Shown: one piece after another, positions 16,345 to 23,592 of the stretch | Layout of the letters: the number at the start of each line of letters is the position of its first letter | How positions within the stretch are numbered: the stretch's first letter is position 1 | Assembly (NCBI RefSeq): GCF_900450705.1 | Contig: NZ_UGHK01000002.1 | Coordinates: 1,220,970 to 1,244,969 of the forward strand | Length of the DNA stretch: 24,000 nt | Direction: 5' to 3' | From: Avibacterium paragallinarum | GTDB taxonomy: Bacteria; Pseudomonadota; Gammaproteobacteria; Enterobacterales; Pasteurellaceae | Program-made: the position numbers and the translations under genes | Notes under the pieces: model-generated | Databases searched by the model: none | What the model saw: the letters and a program-made list of their open reading frames with translations, nothing else | Told to the model about the DNA's origin: nothing

Positions 16345-16365
16345 TTTTACGGCACATAATCTGAT

Positions 16366-16397
16366 AAAAAAAGCGAATCAAAGGTGATTCGCTTTTT
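16366..16397 (-). terminator. Rho-independent terminator of the adhesin gene (bidirectional geometry)
   Basis: GCGAATCA (16373-16380) and TGATTCGC (16385-16392) form an 8-bp stem with a 4-nt loop. It is flanked by A7 (16366-16372) and T5 (16393-16397). On the minus strand it reads GCGAATCACCTTTGATTCGC-TTTTTTTAT, starting 20 nt after the adhesin stop. Confidence 0.85.
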
Positions 16398-16416
16398 GCT
16401 TATTTATGGATTAAGG

Positions 16417-19400
16417 CTAAAAGGTAAATCCAACACTCATTGCTGCCCCTTTATCTCCGTTACTCGTACTCATACCAGATAAACGGATACCTACTTTTCC
16501 ATTATCAGAGAGTCTAGACATCCCTATTGCAACAGCATTCTCCCCTTTGAACGTTGCTGTACCTACGGAAATCGTTGTTTTCCCTGGTAAAACAACATTT
16601 TGTAGGCTTGCCGTCGCCATTGCACCTGCAATACCTGCACGCGACTCCCGTGTTAAATCGCCAATACGTTGATTAACTTGATTGAAATTATTTTGAACAT
16701 TATCAATCACAGTATTTAATTGACCTCGATTCACCGCACTGGTTGGGTCATCACTCGCTTTAACGCCAGTAATCACTTTATTACCTGCGTGGATTCCACC
16801 ATTGTTGATTACAATGCTATCTCCCTTTTGAGCATCAGGAGCTGTATTTGGAATCTTAACCTCATCAATCGCGATTTTCTTATTCAGTGAAACTTTCACC
16901 TTATTATCATCAGTAATAGATGTTGTCACATTCTCATCACCAACAATTTCAACGGTTTCATTAAGTTTCTTATTAATCACTTTCTCCCCGTCGGCTTTGA
17001 ACTTCAAGCCATCATCCATTGTAGCAAATGAGGTTTCCACTTTTTCAAGTTGCCCATCAGCATTTGTTCTTTCAATCGTCACAGAGAGACGGCTCAAATC
17101 ATTTCCATCAATATCTTTACCTTTCTTAGAGGAAAGGGTGACTTGAGAATCATCATTGCCGACTAAAGTTAATGCCCCATTTTGTCCATCAAGAACCGCT
17201 CTTGGTTTCGCCTCTTTATCACTGAGAACAAGCATATTTTTCTCGTTATTAAAGACCATCGCTGCATTCCCGTCATCTTTGTTAGTGATAACCAAAGCAT
17301 TACCTTCTTGTGCGGCTAATTTTGCCTTCTCAGGCTCATTTGAACCAATTACCAAGTTATTCTCAATAGAAATATTTGGCTGTAATGAAATCCCCACTTG
17401 ATTACCCGCAGAAATCGTTGTTTTCACATTATGATCTCCGTGAATCTTGAGGCTTCCACCTAACGGCACAGCCAAGTGATCATCAACCAATGCCGTATTC
17501 ATCTCTGGCAATGTTGGCTGTGTCGGCGCAATATCCCCCGTTGCTACATTACCTGCTGGTGCTACACCACCCGCCGTATTCGCCGTTGTCGCCCCACCTT
17601 GAGTGCTAGATGCTGTAGGTGCTGTTGTTTGAGTCTTCGTTGGACTAACTTCATCACCATACACGCGAATACCTTTCTGCATTAAGGCGTAGAGCTGACG
17701 ACCTGTCACTACATCACCACTGGTTGGAGAAATATCCCCATCGGCGACATTACTAATTTTCTTATTCCCAGCATCAATACCATCAATACCTGTTGCCAAA
17801 ATACCTACCTTTGATCCCCAACCTGTATTCACAGCGGTGGTTAATTTATCCACCGCGTCTTTAAAGGTGGTTGGAGCCGTGCCGTTTATCGGATTAAAGA
17901 TAGAGGTTTGATTTGGATCTTTGGTTACCGCTAAATCTGTTGTGCCTAATGCGTCATTGATCGCTTTAAAAAGTTTATCTAACTGACCTTTATTCACCGC
18001 ATCGGTGTCTGCCGTCCCTGCTTTCACGCCAGAGACTTTAATGCCATCTGTTGCTGCATTGCCTGCACCAGATAAAGATAAAGTGCGGTCATTTCCTGAG
18101 CCAGATTTTGTTAGCACAATGCCCTCTGTCTCGCCGCCCACGGTTACTGTGCCGCCAGCGATGATATTTCGAGAAGCATTCAAAGATTCAGTTGCGATAG
18201 TTTTTAAGCCTATTAATTTATCTTTTAAGGTGAATTTCACCACACCACTATCTTCCACTGAAGCATCAATATTGGTCGTGCTAGTAAAATTCAATCCGTC
18301 AGTCAATTTAACTGTTTTACCGTTTTTATTGTCCGCTTTATATGCCAATGTCGCATCGGTAAGAGCTTGCTTCACATCAGAAATGGCTTCACTGATCGTT
18401 GTTTTCTCAGTACCGCCAATTTTAGCCCCGCTATCAACCCCTAATAAGGTACGCAACTGCCCCCCATTTACCGCATCTTTTGAATTTGCCGTAATGTTAC
18501 CATCTGCAACACCAGTCAATTTAATCGCCGTTCCGGTTGCGTTCCCCGCAAGAGTAATCGCATCTTGGGCTAAGGTGATGCGAGATTTATCGGAGGTGTT
18601 ATCCGCTTTTAAGGCTATGCCCGATTTAGTTACTTCAACGTGTTCTGCATTTTCCGCACCGATAGATAATTTTGTCGGGGCTAATTTGCTTTCATCGCTG
18701 CCATTTTTCACCGAGAAGCCATCACGACTTACTTTCACTAAGTTTGTTTGAGCAGAATTTGTTGTGCTATCAATGGTTAAGCCATCTTCTGCAAAAGTGG
18801 TGGTTGAACCATTTGTTGTGTCGCCTTTTTTGAAGGTTAAACCCGCACTGCTCATTCTGCCCGTAACTTGATTTGGATCTTGCCCTGACTTATCAAAGGT
18901 AATGCTGTTTACCCCTTCAATGTCTTTCATTAAGCCGACAGTGAAGGTTTTTTTCTTGTTGTTATCGGTAGAAGGCTCAACTGTGATCGGTGAATTTGCT
19001 TTTTTCACCACATCCACCAAGCCAGTAATGCCTTTGTTGGCTTCTGCTGAAACCGTTGGTTTTGCACCTTTAAGTGCTTCATAGACAGCTTCCCCTGACA
19101 CCACTTCTTCTTCTGTTGCCGAAAGCGAGATCAATTTGGTGAGAACATTATTAATCGCATCGTGGATTGTATCTTGCCCTGTGCCGCCAATATTTGTAAA
19201 TGTAATTGTGCCATCAGTGGCAAGGTTTGCATTACCGCCAAAATTCGTTTTAACGGATTGAGCCAGTTTGTTCAACATAAAGTTCGTTGCATAAAGCTGT
19301 GAGCCGTTAATGGCTTCAGTAGAAGTTTGCGAAATATTGCCTGCTGCAACATTAACAATTTTACGCTCTTTCCCAGCCGTTCCGATACTTAACACACCGA

Positions 19401-22400
19401 GTGTTTCAGGGGAACCTGCAAAATTATTGAATGTTAAACCATTTATCGTCGCTGAACTTGTACGGCTAATTGCGGAATTGGCAACCGTCGAATCTTGCCC
19501 CAATGCAATGGAAGGTTTTCCACCCGCAGTAACCGTTGCACCTTTACCAATCGCCACTGCCCCTGTCATTGAGGTATCCGAATTCGTACCGATAGAAATG
19601 GCATTTTCAGCGGAAGAATTCGCTTGGAAACCAATCGCAATGGCTTGTTTCCCTGCTAATCCATTATTAGCTCCTGAGGTTTTTGCCTGCCAGCCAAATG
19701 CAATACTGTCTTGCCCTTTTGCACCATCATTAAGATAGTTATTATTGGCTTTTAACTGTGCAATTACTTGAGGGGTTAAGCCGCCTACATTTCTTGCTGA
19801 ATCCGCATTGCTTGCATTCTCAATCTGCGTTTTATATTGATTAAATTTGTCGAAGTTATTTGTGGTTGCTTCTTGCTCTAATTGTGTTGCAACCTGATTG
19901 AGAGCTGACGCGGTTGTTTTTAACTCGCCACTATATTCCGCTTCAAGTTCTTGCACTACCGCACGAATTTTGTTTAATGAATTTTGATCAAACTTCTCTC
20001 CATTTAATTTTCCTCGTGCATCTAAATAGAGCAATTGTGTTTTTAATTTCACATATCGCTCATAACTTTCCCCTTTACGAATTTGGCTAGCCACTCTCCC
20101 CGATTGTCCATTGATATTCGTTTTTTCAACAGAGAGATATTTCACCCCACCGCCATTTTGTAATAAATTAATTTCAGATAGGAAACGTTCTTCAACGGTT
20201 TTTAACTGAGCAACATTCACGGCATCAGTATCAGAAGAACCCGAAGCAAGATTCACAATACGACGTTCTGAACCTTTTGAACCCACAGAGATAACCCCAG
20301 TTTTACCTGAAGTTGGGATACTGATTGCCCCTTCAGATACCCAAGGATCGGTTTCTAACTGTTCCCAAGTGTAATCTGTTTTAGAGCCTACCCCAAGTGC
20401 GGTGGAATTTTGCAAAGTTGCTTGAGCATAAGCACCAATCGCCATCGAGTTAATCCCCGTTTCCATTTTGCCCGCCCCACGCGAAACTTTAGCATTAAAA
20501 CCTAATGCCATTGCTTGACGCATATAATCGCTACTTTCATTAAAGTTTCTAAAGGCTCGAGTAGTTTCATCATAAACTTGAGGCTGATACAAAGTACCAT
20601 TATCTGTATCTTTAGCGTCAATTCGTGCCTCTTTACCAATGGCTAAGCTGTCAGGGGATTTGGCACTTTTCGCAATAGTAGAACCCATACCTAATGCCAA
20701 TGAAGAAGCACTATCATTACCAATAAAGACATTCACCCCGATTGCTAATGCATTCTGAGAACCTGAGCTAATTGAAGTGGAATTCCCTAGCACAACTGTC
20801 CGATCTGAAAGGGTTGATGCCCAAGTCCCCCCTAAGAAACTGTTTTCCCCTTTGGCATAACTTCCCACACCAATTGTGATTGTATTTGCTGCTGAAGATT
20901 CCACAAAAGAATAAGAACCTAGTGCAAAGGCATTTTGGGCATCGGCTAAGGCATAGCTCCCTAATGCCACAGAATTTGCTTTAGAGGCAAAGGTTTTACT
21001 ACCAATTGCAATGGCATTTTTACCTCCCCCCGCACTGCTGTCTGTTGTTGCAGTTTTTTTAATTGCTCCCGATGAGGTCGTTAAATAGGTTTCGTTTTCA
21101 CTTACCAGCGGTAATCCATTAGTAAGCATATTATCAAAAGACTGGGTAAATACAGTAATCGCATTTCCGGTTTTAGTATCATCTGATTTATCGGCATTTT
21201 TTAAGGTAGCATAAGCATTATTATCCTGTAGTAAATTTCCTGTTTGATAGCTATTAAATTTAGCCCCTGCTGCGACTTCTGTCCCAATTGCGATTGCTCC
21301 CGCACCTACTGCTTTCGCCTTATAACCATAAGCCATTGAGCCAGCATTTGAGGCTTCAGTTTTATTACCAATGGCAACGGAATCTTTAGCAAAGGTTCGA
21401 GATTCTTCCCCGATCGCCGTTCCACCTACGGCGTCTTTAGCAACAAAAGAACGTAACCCCATTGCGGTGGATCTATCTGCCAATGCAAAGGCTAACGAAC
21501 CCACTGCGGTGGACATTTCCCCCGCGGCAATGGTGCGGGAACCTAGAGCAATTGCCCCTAATTTCCCTGCATAAGTAGGTGAAGCAGTTGGGGTATTGAC
21601 ATATTTTCCTTTAAAATCGCTAAATTTATAAAATGCCTCCGGTTTATTAGGGTCTCGAGTAGTTGTATCATAATCTCTGCCGTTAGTCTGTTTCCCCATA
21701 TATAACTCAGAAAATATATCCCAAATGGAGTTTTTCGGAACAGTGCCTGTTCCATTCCAAGCAGTAGCAGGCAATTTGTCATTATACTTAGTCCCTGATA
21801 TTTTATCAGTCCCTATAGCAATGCTTGATTTTCCTTCCGCAAAGGTTCCTGCCCCAATAGAAATAGAATTGGTTTTTGACCACGAATTTTGCCCTAAAGA
21901 AACAGATTGATTCCCAGCACTTTTCGCATTTTCCCCAATCACTACAGAACCTTGACGGGTTTCTTTACTAGTTCTACGGGGATCTAATTGTGTATAAGCA
22001 TTAAGACCCATCACAATAGATTTTTCAAAACGGTTAATCGCCTGTTTTCCAATAGTCACAGAACTTGGTGCTGTGCTTTCATTTTTTGCCCCATAACCAA
22101 TGGCAATAGAGTCTTTCGCTAAAGTTTCATTTTTTACCCCAAACCCAAGAGCAATAGCTCCTGTTGCAGATCTATCGTTGGTTGCACCATAGCCAATAGC
22201 AACCCCTTGTAGGCTATTTGTGCCAACACTCTCAGCTCCCGATGGATTAAGATTAACACTATTACTTTGTGCACTAACAGTAGATAGTTTTACGGAGCTA
22301 CTATAAACCTCTAACCACTTCGCATTAGCCAATTGAGGGAATAATGATGCTCCTAGTGCGATATTAATGAGAAGAGCAAGATATGTACACTTTGTAAATA

Positions 22401-22530
22401 GCGGTTGAAAAAATGCAGTATTATGTGTGTTTTTTTGGCTAGCTGTTTTATCTTTATTATTTGCTAGCTCTGAAACCACAATCATTTCTTGTTTTACAAC
22501 AGAATATTTAATTTTAAAAACTTTATTCAT
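16417..22530 (-). CDS. Giant trimeric autotransporter adhesin (type Vc; YadA/Hia/Hsf/EmaA class), 2037 aa
   Basis: N-terminal extended signal peptide region 'MNKVFKIKYSVVKQEMIVVSELANN' plus a hydrophobic core ending 'LANA|KW' at about residue 70. Many YadA-head-type repeats are present ('SIAIGYGAKN', 'AIALGSRTIA', 'SVAIGNKTEA' and similar). Six neck-type connectors are present ('DAVNVAQLK', 'EAINGSQLY', 'DAVNGGQLR', 'DAVNKGQLD', 'DVVTGRQLY', 'SAVNRGQLN'). The C-terminal YadA-type anchor reads '...RAGIAGAMATASL...ISVGTATFKGENAVAIGMSR...AAMSVGFTF'. RBS AGGAAAA lies upstream. Confidence 0.9.
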   Translation of the reverse strand: MNKVFKIKYSVVKQEMIVVSELANNKDKTASQKNTHNTAFFQPLFTKCTYLALLINIALGASLFPQLANAKWLEVYSSSVKLSTVSAQSNSVNLNPSGAESVGTNSLQGVAIGYGATNDRSATGAIALGFGVKNETLAKDSIAIGYGAKNESTAPSSVTIGKQAINRFEKSIVMGLNAYTQLDPRRTSKETRQGSVVIGENAKSAGNQSVSLGQNSWSKTNSISIGAGTFAEGKSSIAIGTDKISGTKYNDKLPATAWNGTGTVPKNSIWDIFSELYMGKQTNGRDYDTTTRDPNKPEAFYKFSDFKGKYVNTPTASPTYAGKLGAIALGSRTIAAGEMSTAVGSLAFALADRSTAMGLRSFVAKDAVGGTAIGEESRTFAKDSVAIGNKTEASNAGSMAYGYKAKAVGAGAIAIGTEVAAGAKFNSYQTGNLLQDNNAYATLKNADKSDDTKTGNAITVFTQSFDNMLTNGLPLVSENETYLTTSSGAIKKTATTDSSAGGGKNAIAIGSKTFASKANSVALGSYALADAQNAFALGSYSFVESSAANTITIGVGSYAKGENSFLGGTWASTLSDRTVVLGNSTSISSGSQNALAIGVNVFIGNDSASSLALGMGSTIAKSAKSPDSLAIGKEARIDAKDTDNGTLYQPQVYDETTRAFRNFNESSDYMRQAMALGFNAKVSRGAGKMETGINSMAIGAYAQATLQNSTALGVGSKTDYTWEQLETDPWVSEGAISIPTSGKTGVISVGSKGSERRIVNLASGSSDTDAVNVAQLKTVEERFLSEINLLQNGGGVKYLSVEKTNINGQSGRVASQIRKGESYERYVKLKTQLLYLDARGKLNGEKFDQNSLNKIRAVVQELEAEYSGELKTTASALNQVATQLEQEATTNNFDKFNQYKTQIENASNADSARNVGGLTPQVIAQLKANNNYLNDGAKGQDSIAFGWQAKTSGANNGLAGKQAIAIGFQANSSAENAISIGTNSDTSMTGAVAIGKGATVTAGGKPSIALGQDSTVANSAISRTSSATINGLTFNNFAGSPETLGVLSIGTAGKERKIVNVAAGNISQTSTEAINGSQLYATNFMLNKLAQSVKTNFGGNANLATDGTITFTNIGGTGQDTIHDAINNVLTKLISLSATEEEVVSGEAVYEALKGAKPTVSAEANKGITGLVDVVKKANSPITVEPSTDNNKKKTFTVGLMKDIEGVNSITFDKSGQDPNQVTGRMSSAGLTFKKGDTTNGSTTTFAEDGLTIDSTTNSAQTNLVKVSRDGFSVKNGSDESKLAPTKLSIGAENAEHVEVTKSGIALKADNTSDKSRITLAQDAITLAGNATGTAIKLTGVADGNITANSKDAVNGGQLRTLLGVDSGAKIGGTEKTTISEAISDVKQALTDATLAYKADNKNGKTVKLTDGLNFTSTTNIDASVEDSGVVKFTLKDKLIGLKTIATESLNASRNIIAGGTVTVGGETEGIVLTKSGSGNDRTLSLSGAGNAATDGIKVSGVKAGTADTDAVNKGQLDKLFKAINDALGTTDLAVTKDPNQTSIFNPINGTAPTTFKDAVDKLTTAVNTGWGSKVGILATGIDGIDAGNKKISNVADGDISPTSGDVVTGRQLYALMQKGIRVYGDEVSPTKTQTTAPTASSTQGGATTANTAGGVAPAGNVATGDIAPTQPTLPEMNTALVDDHLAVPLGGSLKIHGDHNVKTTISAGNQVGISLQPNISIENNLVIGSNEPEKAKLAAQEGNALVITNKDDGNAAMVFNNEKNMLVLSDKEAKPRAVLDGQNGALTLVGNDDSQVTLSSKKGKDIDGNDLSRLSVTIERTNADGQLEKVETSFATMDDGLKFKADGEKVINKKLNETVEIVGDENVTTSITDDNKVKVSLNKKIAIDEVKIPNTAPDAQKGDSIVINNGGIHAGNKVITGVKASDDPTSAVNRGQLNTVIDNVQNNFNQVNQRIGDLTRESRAGIAGAMATASLQNVVLPGKTTISVGTATFKGENAVAIGMSRLSDNGKVGIRLSGMSTSNGDKGAAMSVGFTF
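18081..18089 (+). repeat. Uptake signal sequence core (Hin-type USS) inside the adhesin gene
   Basis: Exact AAGTGCGGT. Confidence 0.85.
20395..20403 (+). repeat. Uptake signal sequence core (Hin-type USS) inside the adhesin gene
   Basis: Exact AAGTGCGGT. Confidence 0.85.
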
Positions 22531-22563
22531 AAATCATTTTCCTATATTAATATTAAAAATGAG

Positions 22564-23075
22564 TGTTGATCTGCCCCAAAAAGTTAGACTATATTCTAAT
22601 TTCATTCAAGGACTGAGTTCTGTATTCCACAGGGCTTAGTCCTTTGAGCTTCACTTGAATACGCTCATTGTTGTAGTAATGAATGTACTCGTGAATCACT
22701 TTTTCAAGCTGTTCAAAGGTTTCAAACCGCTTGCCAAAGTAACATTCCGTCTTCAATCGCCCGAAAAAGCTTTCCATCGCACCATTATCAAGGCAATTGC
22801 CTTTTCTCGACATACTTTGCGTAATACCGTGTTTTTTCAATATCTCCCGATAACCCATCATTTGATACTGCCATCCTTGGTCGGAATGCAGTATCGGTTT
22901 TTCCCCCGCTAATCGGTTCACCGCCTGGGTCAGCATTCTGGTTATCTGCTCAAAACTCGGACTTCTCGCCACATCATAAGCAATAATTTCGTTATTAAAC
23001 AAGTCTTTAATCGGCGATAAATACACTTTGCCTTCCGCACATTTGAACTCGGTGATATCCGTTACCCACTTCTTT
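22564..23075 (-). mobile_element. 5'-truncated IS3-family (IS150-group-like) insertion sequence remnant retaining its transposase-distal terminus
   Basis: The terminal sequence on the plus strand, TGTTGATCTGCCCCAAAAAGTTAGAC (from about 22564), looks like an IS3-family TG-initiated inverted repeat. The transposase homology stops abruptly near 23075, with no OrfA or frameshift region and no second IR. Confidence 0.65.
22589..23074 (-). pseudogene. IS3-family transposase OrfB fragment (DDE integrase core only, N-terminus missing)
   Basis: 'KKWVTDITEFKCAEGKVYLSPIKDLFNNEIIAYDV...PILHSDQGWQYQ...SRKGNCLDNGAMESFFGRLKTE...YNNERIQVKLKGLSPVEYR' carries the D, D, E region of IS3/IS150-type transposases. 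The ORF-track 'M' at 23026 is an internal GTG. In-frame homology extends to 23074, after which a stop occurs at 23093-23095. Confidence 0.8.
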
Positions 23076-23475
23076 ATTAATAATAATGAGCGTTAATCAT
23101 TATCGATAAATTACTTTTGTAATACCCCCTTAATGTAACTCTTATTAGGTATTTCTAGGGGGGGAATTTGCTTCTCCCTCTCTGAGAGGTGATACCATTA
23201 ATTTAGTAAAGATAAGATTCCGCTCAATACTACTCTAATTAATTAGAGATTACAAATAAAAACACCTCATTTATTGATGCAATATGTAATTTCTAACACT
23301 TAATAACTAAATGCAATTAAAAACACTATTTTAATTCCCTTGCTGGTCTAATGAGTGAGCATAATTTAATCATTTTCTTTAAGTTTCTCCACTCATATCC
23401 GACTAATTTGATTGGTTATTTCATCATTTCAAGAAAAATTTGTATTATTAAAAATGCAATACCTACAGTTAAAAT

Positions 23476-23484
23476 AAGTGCGGT
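23476..23484 (+). repeat. Uptake signal sequence core (Hin-type USS)
   Basis: Exact AAGTGCGGT followed by GTTTTTTT. Confidence 0.85.
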
Positions 23485-23592
23485 GTTTTTTTATCACTTT
23501 TTCTTAACCGTAAAAACTTAATTTCCTTATTTTGAATTGTTTAAAAACAATAATTCCCTTATAATACGCCCCGTTTTATTTAAGGAAAAAAT

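Larger units (their letters stand above)
14725..16363 (-). mobile_element. IS200/IS605-family insertion sequence with IS605-type divergent organisation (LE at high coordinates, RE at low), about 1639 bp and non-autonomous (tnpA internally deleted)
   Basis: Divergent tnpA remnant and tnpB are flanked by two near-identical subterminal imperfect hairpins in the same orientation (14735-14754 and 16325-16344). The termini are predicted from IS608-like spacing. On the minus strand TCAA ends 10 nt 3' of the RE hairpin (14728-14725). TTAT (16367-16364) lies 19 nt 5' of the LE hairpin. Confidence 0.7.

Noticed and set aside
18005-18751. 248-aa plus-strand ORF, together with 17156-17401, 17476-17685, 18902-19084, 19310-19738, 21371-21574 and 21725-21910, all antisense to the adhesin gene
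   Set aside because: They lie entirely inside the 6.1-kb adhesin CDS on the opposite strand. Their products are low-complexity mirror translations (Pro/Ser/Ala/Val-rich) of the repetitive Gly/Ala/Thr/Asn codons. They have no RBS and no recognisable family motifs. Long stop-free antisense frames are expected in such repetitive sequence.
22430-22436. A7 homopolymer (T7 on the plus strand) within the signal-peptide coding part of the adhesin, considered as a phase-variation switch
   Set aside because: Seven A/T residues in an AT-rich genome is unremarkable and shorter than the tracts documented to phase-vary in Pasteurellaceae. No tetranucleotide or heptanucleotide repeats occur in or upstream of the gene.
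23351-23521. 56-aa plus-strand ORF (MSEHNLIIFFKFLHSYPTNLIGYFIISRK...) in the AT-rich orphan region
   Set aside because: There is no Shine-Dalgarno sequence upstream. Its composition is what AT-rich non-coding DNA yields (Ile/Phe/Lys/Asn). It contains a USS plus T-run near its end. Nothing marks it as a real gene, though a small hydrophobic peptide cannot be formally excluded.
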